Counted from the stretch's first letter, positions 28,093 to 38,182 are shown. The stretch is 64,000 nt of DNA from an uncultured Candidatus Saccharibacteria bacterium (GCA_964630525.1 CAZVUY010000004.1:11448-75447); one strand, 5' to 3'. Notes: generated by a model not told the origin, from the sequence alone. Made by a program: numbers and translations.

Positions 28093-29510
28093 TATTTCTT
28101 CTTTTTGATTTCTATCCTCAGTTCGCGGAGCTGTTTCTCAGAGATTGGGCTTGGTGAGTCCATCATCGCATCCCTACCCTCTCCTGTTTTCGGGAAAGCT
28201 ATCACTTCACGGATATTCGGTTCTCCTTGAAGAAGCATCACAAATCTGTCCAGACCCCAAGCGATACCTCCGTGCGGCGGAGTCCCAAGTTTAAATGCTT
28301 GCAACATGTGACCAAAATCTTTTTCTATAGACTCTTTTTCATAACCCAATATCTCAAAGACCTTTTGTAAAGCTTCGTATTGATGGTTTCTGATACTACC
28401 ACCCCCTATCTCATACCCGTTCAAAACAACGTCATATTGAGAAGTGATAATCTCGCCTATATTTTCTTTTGCCATTAGCCAGTTCATATGATCGTTGAGC
28501 GGTCTGGAAAATGGATTGTGGGTAAAGGTCCAATCTCCCTGAGTCTGTTTATTATCCGAAGTTTTAGTTTTTTCAAAAAATGGAAAATCTATAACCCAAC
28601 AGAAAGCTAGTAGGTCTGGATCATTCTTGTCTTTCCGAATATCTGGCCTGTCAGTACCGTATTTTTCCATAGCATCTTTATAAGTAATTTTAGGGAATGG
28701 TGTCTCCTGGATTTTTTTATGAGGATAAAGTTCTTTAATTATTTTGATTATAAGATTTTCGTTTGTTTGCATCACATCTTCTCGTTCTACGAAACTCATT
28801 TCCATATCAAGCTGAGTAAATTCTGGTTGTCTGTCCCCCCTTGTATCTTCATCACGCAAGCATTTTGCTATTTGGAAATATTTTTCTATGCCGCCTGTCA
28901 TCAAAAGCTGTTTATATTGTTGGGGTGATTGAGGTAAGGCATAAAATTCTCCAGGGTAAATCCTAGCAGGTACTACGTAGTCCCTGGCACCTTCTGGAGT
29001 GGACTTAGTGAGTATCGGGGTCTCTACTTCTATGAACCCTTCTTGGTCCAAATGATCTCTTATAATTTTTATTATTTTATGTCTGGCTCTGATGTTTTTT
29101 TGGACTCTATTGGATCGCAAGTCTACGTACTTGTATTTTAATCTTATATTCTCGTCAATGATAGAGGTGTCGGCACTGATATCAAACGGCAAGGTTTCCG
29201 CTTGATTTAAAACCTTGATGTCGGTCACCTCAAGCTCGATATCGCCGTTCCCCACCTTCTCATTTACCATTTTTTCGGGTCGTTTGTTGACGATACCTCT
29301 CACCTCTACTACCCATTCAGAACGGATCGGCTTCGATCTTTCTACTAGATCACCTTTGTTGGAGAGGACTACTCCTTGGACTAGGCCGGTCATGTCGCGG
29401 AAGTCAAAAAAGAGCATTTTGCCTTGATCGCGCGCCACTGCCACCCAGCCAGATATTGACACTTCTTTCCCAATATGATCTTTGAGATCCTTAATGTAGA
29501 TTCTTTTCAT
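28092..29510 (-). CDS. aspS: Aspartate--tRNA ligase (short, apparently lacking the GAD insertion)
   Basis: STPEGARDY, ALPQSPQQYKQ, RQPEFTQLD, GGGSIR, PPHGG; 472 aa. Confidence 0.95.
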   Translation of the reverse strand: MKRIYIKDLKDHIGKEVSISGWVAVARDQGKMLFFDFRDMTGLVQGVVLSNKGDLVERSKPIRSEWVVEVRGIVNKRPEKMVNEKVGNGDIELEVTDIKVLNQAETLPFDISADTSIIDENIRLKYKYVDLRSNRVQKNIRARHKIIKIIRDHLDQEGFIEVETPILTKSTPEGARDYVVPARIYPGEFYALPQSPQQYKQLLMTGGIEKYFQIAKCLRDEDTRGDRQPEFTQLDMEMSFVEREDVMQTNENLIIKIIKELYPHKKIQETPFPKITYKDAMEKYGTDRPDIRKDKNDPDLLAFCWVIDFPFFEKTKTSDNKQTQGDWTFTHNPFSRPLNDHMNWLMAKENIGEIITSQYDVVLNGYEIGGGSIRNHQYEALQKVFEILGYEKESIEKDFGHMLQAFKLGTPPHGGIAWGLDRFVMLLQGEPNIREVIAFPKTGEGRDAMMDSPSPISEKQLRELRIEIKKKK

Positions 29511-29615
29511 AGTCCGATTCTAACAAAATAGCCCCTTTTTTACAATGCGGTATAAAGATGGTCTTGTTGACATTGAACCTTTTTAACGTTATTGTGTCAA
29601 ATGGAAGGGGGTTAG

Positions 29616-29921
29616 GTGCTGGTAGCTTTCGCGTGTGTCGTGGGCGCTATCTGCGCCATCACGCAACTCATGAATTTTTTAGAGAGTCGCGATCCCTGGG
29701 CTCTCTTGGTTGTGGCGATCTCCTTATCCATTTTATGGATCTGTGGGATGAGTGAGGAGGAGATTCGGGAAAGGATCTTATGGACAGCTTCTTTGAAGTT
29801 TTTGATCTGCGAATTCTCGGCTATTGTTGCGCGGGGGTTTGCGCGATTCTCTCTTTTGCTCTTGTGGCGTCCGCTTTCTTTTTTGCGGGAAAAAAAGAGC
29901 GGATACCCTAACGTGAGGTGA
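29616..29921 (+). CDS. Possible small membrane protein
   Basis: Hydrophobic GTG-start ORF behind a promoter-like TTGACA; no family recognised. Confidence 0.35.
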   Translation: MLVAFACVVGAICAITQLMNFLESRDPWALLVVAISLSILWICGMSEEEIRERILWTASLKFLICEFSAIVARGFARFSLLLLWRPLSFLREKKSGYPNVR

Positions 29922-30891
29922 CGCCGATAGCCTGTTTGGCTTCGGCAAGTTTAGGCCCGGCGACTGCGCGGGCCTTTTCCTTACCTTCTTCAAGAACCTT
30001 TTTGATTAATCTTTCATCTTTGGCGATTTCTTTTCTTTTTTCGCGCAAAGGTCTGATAAAGTTTTTCACATCTTCTATCAACATTTCTTTCAATTTTTTA
30101 TACTGACCCTTGTTTTCTTGATAAACTTCTTCAAGTTTATCAATGGTGAGCGAAGTCGAACCATTCGCAAACAGCTTATGAATCGCAAAAACATTTTCCG
30201 GATATTCTGCTTTTGAATCGGTGACTATGGCCATCACTTTTTCTTCGATTTCACCATCTTCGGCAAAAAGTGGGATGGTGTTGCCATAGCTCTTGCTCAT
30301 CTTCTTTCCATCAATGCCGGGCACCGTCTCCACATCTTTCATAATGTATTCTGCCGGCAGTTTGAAAATATCTCGGCCGAAAGCTGGACCGAATATTCTA
30401 TTAAATTTTTCGGCGGTGTCTCTGGCAAACTCGATGTGTTGCTTCTGATCTTGACCGACGGGGATAATATCTGGGCTGTAGAGCAAAATATCGGCCGCCA
30501 TCAGCATGGGGTAATTGAAGGTGCCCATACTGATCTCTTCCTCCCCACCTTTCGCTACTGCATCTTTATAGGCATGAGCGCGTTTGAGGTAAGGTAGAGT
30601 GGTGATCGTATCAAAAATCCAACAGAGCTCGGTGTGCTCGGGCACATCAGACTGCTTGAACAAAATATTTTTTTCGATATCAAAGCCGAGAGTCAGGTAG
30701 TCGACGACTAGTTCGTGAGTCAAGCTGCGCATTTCATCGGCGTTTTGAATGAAATTGAGGGCGTGATAATCGACAATGATAGCAAGTACCTTGCCTTCAT
30801 TTTGCATTTCGACGAGCTGTCTCATCATGCCAAAATAGTTGCCCAAATGCGGCCGCCCAGTTGGTTTGATGCCTGAAAGGATGGTTTTCAT
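29908..30891 (-). CDS. trpS: Tryptophan--tRNA ligase
   Basis: SGIKPTGRPHLGN, YPMLMAADIL, VGQDQKQH, KMSKS. Confidence 0.97.
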   Translation of the reverse strand: MKTILSGIKPTGRPHLGNYFGMMRQLVEMQNEGKVLAIIVDYHALNFIQNADEMRSLTHELVVDYLTLGFDIEKNILFKQSDVPEHTELCWIFDTITTLPYLKRAHAYKDAVAKGGEEEISMGTFNYPMLMAADILLYSPDIIPVGQDQKQHIEFARDTAEKFNRIFGPAFGRDIFKLPAEYIMKDVETVPGIDGKKMSKSYGNTIPLFAEDGEIEEKVMAIVTDSKAEYPENVFAIHKLFANGSTSLTIDKLEEVYQENKGQYKKLKEMLIEDVKNFIRPLREKRKEIAKDERLIKKVLEEGKEKARAVAGPKLAEAKQAIGVTSR

Positions 30892-30931
30892 ATTTCTTAA
30901 ATATAACCCACCCTGCCCCCCCTTACAACAC

Positions 30932-31049
30932 TAATCTCCCCCAGCCCCTCTTTATGTTAAAGAGGGGTGACTAAAATCTAGATTTTAGTGAAATTTTAGT
31001 TATGTTGCGCAGGCCTCCCTTTAAAGTGAAGGGAGGTTAGGAGGGATTA
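30932..31049. repeat. Double-hairpin intergenic repeat, copy 1
   Basis: taatctccc..cccctcttt-atgtt-aaagagggg..cctcccttt-aaagt-gaagggagg..gggatta; related copy at 46086-46190. Confidence 0.75.
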
Positions 31050-31074
31050 TTTGGAAGAACAGGTGGAGGTGAAG

Positions 31075-31971
31075 TTACCTCTCCCAAATTGCAAAGATGG
31101 ACATTGGCAATAGTCGAGCCGTCTCAAGAGCCGAGCTGAAATTTTCCTGTGGTATGGCGAGTTCGCCTGCTTTGATATTGCCGCCAAGGTTTTTAGTAAT
31201 GTCAGAAAGGATATTGACAGCAGAGACAGCGGAGAGCTCGGTCGAATACATGTTGAGGATTATAAAAAGCGGATCATCGCTCAAGAGCTCTTTGCAAAGA
31301 AGTAGCAGATTGTCTAATTTTTCTTCTATTTTCCAAACTTCCCCTTTTGGACCTTTGCCGTAGCTTGGCGGGTCCATGATAATGGCGTCGTACCTTTCCT
31401 TTCTTTTTACTTCTCTTTTCAAAAATTTGACCACATCGTCTACAATCCAGCGGATGGGAGCATTCTCAAGTCCGGAAAGTTTTTGGTTTTCTCTCCCCCA
31501 ATCAACACTCTGTTTTGAAGCATCTACATGAGTAACCTCTGCCCCACTCTTCGCCGCTACCAAGCTAGCGATTCCAGTATAGCCAAATAGGTTTAATATT
31601 CTTAAACCTTTAATTTTCAATTTAGAATTTTCAATTTTTAATTCCCCATCCTTGATTCTAGATTCTAGATTCGAGATTCTATTTTTTACCCATTGCCATT
31701 GTGTAAATTGCTCGGGAAAAATCCCTATATGCTTTGATCCTTCCTTAAACTTTATTTTGCATTTGACTCCCAAATCTCCCAAATCTAAGACCGTTTCCAA
31801 TTCTTTGCCCGCATCTTGCCACTTGCTACTTTCTAGCTCTTTTTGCCACCACGCTCGTGGTTCTTTCCTTACAATCTTGATCCCGTTTATTTCCTCTAGT
31901 TTCTCCCCTGCTCCACTATCAAGTAGTTTGTATCCGGGTACTTCTCTCGCCCAAATTTCAATATTTTTCAT
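31075..31971 (-). CDS. Class I SAM-dependent methyltransferase (RlmI/RlmK-like)
   Basis: HIGIFPEQ, LNLFGYTG, HVDAS, MDPPSYG. Confidence 0.9.
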   Translation of the reverse strand: MKNIEIWAREVPGYKLLDSGAGEKLEEINGIKIVRKEPRAWWQKELESSKWQDAGKELETVLDLGDLGVKCKIKFKEGSKHIGIFPEQFTQWQWVKNRISNLESRIKDGELKIENSKLKIKGLRILNLFGYTGIASLVAAKSGAEVTHVDASKQSVDWGRENQKLSGLENAPIRWIVDDVVKFLKREVKRKERYDAIIMDPPSYGKGPKGEVWKIEEKLDNLLLLCKELLSDDPLFIILNMYSTELSAVSAVNILSDITKNLGGNIKAGELAIPQENFSSALETARLLPMSIFAIWER

Positions 31972-31989
31972 GGTTTTAAAGATAACATA

Positions 31990-33630
31990 TTACAAAAACA
32001 AGCGGACGAGGCGGAGGTCGTCGTAAGAGTATTTACTGCCGAGGAGTTCTTTGACTGGTGCAAGGCGGTATTGGCCACCTTCGCTTGTACCCACCTTCTT
32101 AAACGCATTGTAGATAGCCTGAAACTTGTTTTTAGGAATGTTGCTGCGGAGATTGTAGATATTAAACTTCGGATCATTGCTTCTGATTTCTTCGATATGG
32201 TCAAAGATGGTGTTTGATTTCAACCCCCTCTCTTTTGCTACCTCTTTGACCCCGAAACCTTTTTCGAGCAATTGTTTGGTTTGGGTGACTGTATCAACCT
32301 TTTTTATTTTCTTTTTGTGATCGTTACTTATTTTTTCGGCGAAGTCAGTGTGCATTTGTGAAATTTTCTGATCACCCATAGTGCGAACATGGAAAGCATT
32401 GGTGGCTGACAACTTTTTGAATTTTTGATCAAAATCAATCACTTCCTCATCTACTTCCAATGCTTTCTCGTTGAAACCTTTTAGGAAAAGACCGGAGAGC
32501 GAGCGGACTCGGGAGAGGGCGACATAGCCCATGCCCTTTTCAAAAGAACGTGATAGATCTATTTGGGCTGCGTCGAGCGACATTCCCTGGCTTTTGTGTA
32601 CCGTGATCGCCCAAGCCAGGCGCAAGGGGTACTGGTTTATCTCGGCTTTGATCTTGTCATCTTCCTCGATAACCCAGGAAGCCCTTTCGACATCGATCTT
32701 CTGGCTGTTTAAGGTTTTCACTCGTATTTCTTCATAACCACAATGCTCGACTGTGCCGAGAGTGCCGTTCACATAACCCTCGTCAAAATTGTTTTTGACA
32801 AACATCACTTTAGCGCCAACTTTGAGTTCCAATTTTTCTGGTGCGAGACAACTTTTCTTCAAAAGTTCTACAAGTGACGGGGTGCCCCGGCTATGCATCT
32901 CGTAAACATGATTTTTATTGTCGATCTTTTTTAGCTCAGTCTGGTTTTCCGAATCAACATCTCGGTTGTGAGAATACAATCTGGTGGGCGACAAGTCTGT
33001 AGATTGGTCGAACCTAGTTTTTAGAATCTCTCGGGTTTCTGTGGTGACCTGATTGTTCCTGATGTCGTTTAATATTTTCAAGAAAAGGTTGTCGTTCTGG
33101 CGGTGCTGCTCCTCGAGGTAGCAGATTTTTAGATCCAAGTTTCGCCAAATATCGGCATGGTAGGCAAAGCGAGCTTCTCGCTCACCGCTCCGGTGCACTG
33201 GCGGTAATTGGAAAAAGTCGCCACAGAAGACTATTTGCATGCCACCAAACGGTTGGTCGACCGACTTGACCGCTCTGATGATCTGATCGACCAGATCAAG
33301 TCGAAAGTGGTGGAGCATCGATATTTCGTCGATTATCAAAACTTGAGCATCCCGGATTTTTTTGCGGATGTGTGATTTTTCGGCGATCTCTAAAGCTTCG
33401 CTATGGCTCAAGCTGTCGCGAATGCCAATGCCCGACCAAGAATGGATGGTGATACCGCCCATGTGGGTAGCGGCTATGCCGGTTGAGGCAGTGACTCCAA
33501 AATCGGCATCAAGTTTTTTGAGGTAGGCTATGTATTCTCGCAAGACATAGGTTTTGCCGCTGCCGGCTGCTCCGGTGAGGAAGACATTGCGTCCAGTTTT
33601 CAAGATATCGAGAGCTTCTTTTTGGGTCAT
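31990..33630 (-). CDS. PIF1-like SF1B helicase with C-terminal HTH
   Basis: TGAAGSGKT, IIDEISM, GDFFQLPPV, AITVHKSQG, YVALSR. Confidence 0.92.
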   Translation of the reverse strand: MTQKEALDILKTGRNVFLTGAAGSGKTYVLREYIAYLKKLDADFGVTASTGIAATHMGGITIHSWSGIGIRDSLSHSEALEIAEKSHIRKKIRDAQVLIIDEISMLHHFRLDLVDQIIRAVKSVDQPFGGMQIVFCGDFFQLPPVHRSGEREARFAYHADIWRNLDLKICYLEEQHRQNDNLFLKILNDIRNNQVTTETREILKTRFDQSTDLSPTRLYSHNRDVDSENQTELKKIDNKNHVYEMHSRGTPSLVELLKKSCLAPEKLELKVGAKVMFVKNNFDEGYVNGTLGTVEHCGYEEIRVKTLNSQKIDVERASWVIEEDDKIKAEINQYPLRLAWAITVHKSQGMSLDAAQIDLSRSFEKGMGYVALSRVRSLSGLFLKGFNEKALEVDEEVIDFDQKFKKLSATNAFHVRTMGDQKISQMHTDFAEKISNDHKKKIKKVDTVTQTKQLLEKGFGVKEVAKERGLKSNTIFDHIEEIRSNDPKFNIYNLRSNIPKNKFQAIYNAFKKVGTSEGGQYRLAPVKELLGSKYSYDDLRLVRLFL

Positions 33631-33682
33631 AGGAGATATTGTAGCTCTTTGTGTCCCTTTTTCAATTTCCCCATTTTGGGTA

Positions 33683-33712
33683 TTGACAAAAAGCATCCTT
33701 TGGTTCTATAAT
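33683..33712 (+). promoter_or_regulatory. Sigma70-type promoter
   Basis: TTGACA-N18-TATAAT. Confidence 0.7.
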
Positions 33713-33718
33713 AAACCT

Positions 33719-33891
33719 AGAAAGTTCAGGCTTGCTGAAGCCGCTCAAATTGTCCGTGCGCCTCCTCCACCCACGGATCTCCAACTGAGCGGTTCGCAGC
33801 TGCCCCCGAGATTGCAGGCGTTCTCCCTGGTCACACAACCACTCCTTACACCAGGGTAACATGAACGCCTCTCTCGGGGGTGTTTTCTTTT
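33719..33891 (+). ncRNA. Candidate small RNA with two long hairpins and C/U-rich loops
   Basis: Promoter upstream; stems 33734-33800 and 33802-33881; U-tract 33883-33891; no plausible ORF. Confidence 0.6.
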
Positions 33892-33909
33892 ATAAATTTT
33901 TAGGGTTGA

Positions 33910-35538
33910 TTAAGAATATTTTGGCAATTCGATCGTGAAGGTGGTGCCTTTGCCCAGACCATCGGAATCAACCTTGATATCTCCTTGGTGCGCCTCAACC
34001 ATCTTCTTGGCGATGTAGAGGCCAAGACCGGTACCGATGACGTTGGTTTTATTGGCATCTTTGGTGCGCGAGAATTTGGCAAAAAGCTTGCCCATTTCTT
34101 GAGGATCGATACCAACTCCGGTGTCTTTGATGGCCACCTTTACTTTATTACCCTCAGTGAAGACCGCGATCGATATGTCACCTTTCACGGTGTATTTAAT
34201 GGAATTGTCGATCAGATTGCTGATTGCCTGTTTGATTTTGTTACGGTCGGCATTGACCTCTTGTTTTGCACTTTTGATGTTGACCTGAAGCTCTAATCCA
34301 GCATTTTGTATGTTGGGCTTTATTTCATTTGCTACCTCGTTTACCAGAGCACCGATATCAAAAATCGATTTTTCATAAACCATCCTCCCCTGTTCAATTC
34401 GAGAAATATTAAGGAAATCATTGACAATATTGATGAGGTTTTGGCACGATTTCATAACGATCTCTACTGAGCTTGCCGCCTTGGGTGGCAAGACTCCAAA
34501 ATCCCCCTCAAGCAACATCGAGGAGTAGCCTTTAATGGCGGTGAGCGGTGCTCGGATCTGGTGTGTCGCCAGGGAGAGGAATTCTGATTTGAGTTGGTCG
34601 AGCTCCTTGAGCTTATCGTTGGCTAATTGGAGGTCTTTGGCCAACTTCTCAATCTTTTCTCTCTGTTCGACTTCTCTAAAAACACTTTTAACAATAAGTA
34701 TACCAAGTGTAACAACCAGTATAAATATTCCGCTTCTGAAAATCACTAACTCTAGATTGTTTTTTGCGACTATAACCTCAAACAGACTAACTATTGATAA
34801 TACAAAAGTAAGCGTGCTTGTTGCCAAAACCTTAATTTTAAGAAGATTTTGTTTCGATATTGCGTAAAATGTAAGAATAACGAATGGGAAAAAGAATACC
34901 GGTGCTAGCCCAACGTATCTTGATTTGTCCAATAATGCTGGCAGAATAAAATTGAATATAATGATAAACGAGAAAGTGATAAAAGTACCCAAAGCCACTA
35001 GTTTGTAAGGTTTTCTTTGTCCGCTCTGAACACGAATGGCTTTTCTAATAACTATAAATATTCCACTGACAACAAGGCTTAGTATAATTAACCCAAACAA
35101 AACTATCGCTGGTCCGTTGTTTACCTCCAGTATTTTCCCTGTGTCAGAGGCGGCTTTGATACTACTGAATATGAGAGGAGTGAACGCTACTAAAGAACTT
35201 ACTGTCACTAGGGGTAATAGTAGATATTTATAGGATTTAGGAAAAATTATCAAGTCATTAGGAAAAACATAAAATAATCTAAAGAAAGAAAATGCGTGCC
35301 AAATTGCAAAGAATATAGTTAATTTTAGTAGCCAGAATCCTAAAGTTAAATTTGTGGCTTGATATACCAAGTAATTGGTTACGCTGTAGAGCACTGTAAG
35401 TATTGAGAAGAAAAGAAATGATTGGTTGGTAACACTCTTTGTATTATTAAAATAAACGGTAAAACCAAGGGTGATAATGGCCGATGTTGTTATTGCTACT
35501 GCGAGCAGGTCTAGATTTGTAATTTCATTTATACTCAT
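33910..35538 (-). CDS. Sensor histidine kinase with multi-TM N-terminal sensor
   Basis: About 8-9 TM segments; ATHQIRAPL (H-box), NLIDNSIKY, DTGVGI, GTGLGL. Confidence 0.93.
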   Translation of the reverse strand: MSINEITNLDLLAVAITTSAIITLGFTVYFNNTKSVTNQSFLFFSILTVLYSVTNYLVYQATNLTLGFWLLKLTIFFAIWHAFSFFRLFYVFPNDLIIFPKSYKYLLLPLVTVSSLVAFTPLIFSSIKAASDTGKILEVNNGPAIVLFGLIILSLVVSGIFIVIRKAIRVQSGQRKPYKLVALGTFITFSFIIIFNFILPALLDKSRYVGLAPVFFFPFVILTFYAISKQNLLKIKVLATSTLTFVLSIVSLFEVIVAKNNLELVIFRSGIFILVVTLGILIVKSVFREVEQREKIEKLAKDLQLANDKLKELDQLKSEFLSLATHQIRAPLTAIKGYSSMLLEGDFGVLPPKAASSVEIVMKSCQNLINIVNDFLNISRIEQGRMVYEKSIFDIGALVNEVANEIKPNIQNAGLELQVNIKSAKQEVNADRNKIKQAISNLIDNSIKYTVKGDISIAVFTEGNKVKVAIKDTGVGIDPQEMGKLFAKFSRTKDANKTNVIGTGLGLYIAKKMVEAHQGDIKVDSDGLGKGTTFTIELPKYS

Positions 35539-36596
35539 ACCTTTTTAATTTTGGGAGGTTGTTTTTGTGAGCGAGCGGTTACTTTGTCAGCATAACCAAT
35601 TCTGAATACGAAACTCACAACATCTTTTTTTATATTGAAAATTTCTCTAATTATACTATATGTTTTTTTTATTTCATGAATGTGCTTTTCTTTGAAGATA
35701 ATTTTATCATTATGGATAATTTTGTTTGCCAAGAATACTATACCTGTAATTGGTTGTATATATAAATTATGTTTGGTGGCTATTAACCAAATTTTCTGCA
35801 TTATTCTTCCCACCTCAATAAATTTTATCGGCTCATATTTCTCAATGGTAATAATTCCGATACCTCCACCATGGCCGTATATTTTAGCGTTTGTTTTTGA
35901 TACTAAATTAGAGAACCCAAAAATATTCAGAAATCTAACGATGGGCCATACTTTGATTATTCTAAAGATGTATTCTACTATGGCCGGTAATTCTAAGGTT
36001 TTTATGTATAGTCCATGAGTGAACTGACTATTCTCCTGTTCTTTCCAGTTTATTTCAGCAAAAAACGATTGATGGATCAACTTGTTTTCTAGGGCAATTT
36101 TTTCCATTATACTTACAGCTTTCGCAAGAGCGGTTCTTTTAGTTCTACTTTCAGTTATAAGAATTCTGATTCCCGAATCATTTTGATTTACGGATAGGAT
36201 TTCAGTTTTAGCTAACTGATCAATCTTTTTATCGTAATAAATCTTTCGGTTTGTATGCCTGCCGGTTATATAACTGAAAAGTTTGCTGTTGGGATTTTTT
36301 TTTGTTTTTATAAAAGATATGATGGCGACTAAATCTTTTTCTTTAGCCTTATTTAGTACAAGATCTATTTTAGCCTCATACCCATAATGGCTTGAGGCTA
36401 TACAAATATTTTCTATAAGAGCTCCGTGGGCTATATAAGAACCAGTTTGCTCAAAATTCAGCACCGGATTATCTTTGTCTGGTATGTTGTATAAAAAAAG
36501 TTTATTCGATTTTATTTCAAATCTCCATGGTTGTGAATTACCGCCAGAGGGGGCTTGGATACCATAATAGATTATATCTTCTATTAACTTATTCAT
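35535..36596 (-). CDS. Nitroreductase-fold (Acg-like) protein
   Basis: APSGGNSQPWRF, RHTNR, GRIMQKIWL, FRIGY. Confidence 0.85.
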   Translation of the reverse strand: MNKLIEDIIYYGIQAPSGGNSQPWRFEIKSNKLFLYNIPDKDNPVLNFEQTGSYIAHGALIENICIASSHYGYEAKIDLVLNKAKEKDLVAIISFIKTKKNPNSKLFSYITGRHTNRKIYYDKKIDQLAKTEILSVNQNDSGIRILITESRTKRTALAKAVSIMEKIALENKLIHQSFFAEINWKEQENSQFTHGLYIKTLELPAIVEYIFRIIKVWPIVRFLNIFGFSNLVSKTNAKIYGHGGGIGIITIEKYEPIKFIEVGRIMQKIWLIATKHNLYIQPITGIVFLANKIIHNDKIIFKEKHIHEIKKTYSIIREIFNIKKDVVSFVFRIGYADKVTARSQKQPPKIKKV

Positions 36597-36598
36597 TC

Positions 36599-38182
36599 CT
36601 AAATTTCTTCTAATCTCATAATTTCTATTATTTTTTCTACATCTTTGTTTAGAGGTCTGTCGATATTAACAAAAGAAGACACCTTCCTAATCTTTTTTAC
36701 TACATTTTGAGAATGTGTCGAGCAATTATTCAACCCCCTAAATTCCAAAGCTTGCGCGCTCGAGATTGTTAGTATAGAAACCAGTCTTTCTAGATTCGCC
36801 ACAGATTCCTTTAGGTCTTGTGCTGCGTGTGCTGCTAAGCTGTTTACGTCCTGATTATCTCCTTCTGTGGGGATCATATACGCTTGTTGTGATTGGGCCA
36901 ATTTCCTATTTTGTACCGTAAGTGAAGCAGATAAAATGTGCAGAGGTCTAAATCCATTATAAATTTCAGAATGTTCAATTAGATTTGCTGGAAGACCAAA
37001 ATTTTTTCTCGGGTGATAAAGGTTACTTAATATTGCGTGCAACCAGGTTGAAGCCTGAGAGACGTCCATTTTTAAAAGATCACACGCTTCAGTAACATAA
37101 TAGCCCATAAAGTTTGCTCCGTGACATATTTTCATTGAACTAGGATCTATCACGGGGTTATCATTTATCGAATTTATCTCATCTTCAATCCACTTTTCTG
37201 CTGTTTGTAGGTTCTCTTTAAATACACCAAACCCTTGTGGTACTGACCTAAGAGAATAATAATCTTGAAGATTATTATCTATATTGTTGGACCCGTTTGT
37301 TTTGAAGTTTTTTAAGCTTTTTATTCTCAAATCAGAAAGATTTCTAATCAATCGACTTCCTTTCCATAATTTTCTAATAATATTATTAACTTCAATTTCC
37401 CCACTATGATTTTTTAATTTGTGTACCAATGGATCGTATGCGCTATCGATTACACGGAGTGACTCAAGTGCCATTGATATTGCTGACAGCATTTGATCAA
37501 ATATTCTTTTTAGGTCATACAATGAAATTGCTGCGACCGATGTCATAAAGGATGTTCCATTTATAAGCGCCAAACCCTCACGGGTTTCTAGTTGTAATTT
37601 CTCAAGCCCAACATTTTTCATAGCAATTGCAGATTCAATTTTTCGATTTCCATACAATACCTCTCCTTTTCCTATGAGGGCACTTGCAATACTTGATAAA
37701 GGTATCAAATCACCACTAGCACCAATTGACCCATATTTTCGAATAACCGGATGTATTTTATTGTTTATAAAATCTAAAAGAGAATCAACTACTATTGGTC
37801 TAACACCAGAATGACCAAGTGCCAAACAGTGGGATCTCAACAACATAGTTGCTCTTGAGATCTCCTCGCCCATTTCTTCTCCGAGCCCACAATTATGGGA
37901 AATAACGAGATTTAGTTGGCGATTTTTTAACGACTCAGAATACTCTTTTTCATCACTGTCTAAGTTTTTATCCAATATATTAACCTGGCTGCCAAACTGT
38001 GTGTTAAGTCCATAAACAGGCGTTCTTGTGTCAGCTGAATTTATAAGTATCTGATGAGAAGCCTTCATTTTTGCGATAGATTGTTCGGATAGTCTCACTT
38101 TTGAATTTTCTCTAGCCACCGCTTTGATTGCTGTTAAATCCAATTTTCTTCCTACACCTATAGTTATCATTTTCGTTTTCAT
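36599..38182 (-). CDS. MIO-dependent aromatic amino acid ammonia-lyase/aminomutase
   Basis: VYGLNTQFG, GSIGASGDL (MIO-forming ASG), GLALINGT, QDYYSLR, NDNP, HGANF, NQDVNS. Confidence 0.93.
   Translation of the reverse strand: MKTKMITIGVGRKLDLTAIKAVARENSKVRLSEQSIAKMKASHQILINSADTRTPVYGLNTQFGSQVNILDKNLDSDEKEYSESLKNRQLNLVISHNCGLGEEMGEEISRATMLLRSHCLALGHSGVRPIVVDSLLDFINNKIHPVIRKYGSIGASGDLIPLSSIASALIGKGEVLYGNRKIESAIAMKNVGLEKLQLETREGLALINGTSFMTSVAAISLYDLKRIFDQMLSAISMALESLRVIDSAYDPLVHKLKNHSGEIEVNNIIRKLWKGSRLIRNLSDLRIKSLKNFKTNGSNNIDNNLQDYYSLRSVPQGFGVFKENLQTAEKWIEDEINSINDNPVIDPSSMKICHGANFMGYYVTEACDLLKMDVSQASTWLHAILSNLYHPRKNFGLPANLIEHSEIYNGFRPLHILSASLTVQNRKLAQSQQAYMIPTEGDNQDVNSLAAHAAQDLKESVANLERLVSILTISSAQALEFRGLNNCSTHSQNVVKKIRKVSSFVNIDRPLNKDVEKIIEIMRLEEI

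Noticed and set aside
33719-33891. SRP RNA, 6S RNA or tRNA identity for the small RNA candidate
   Set aside because: No SRP GNRA/AGCAG domain IV motif, no single rod with central bubble, no cloverleaf.
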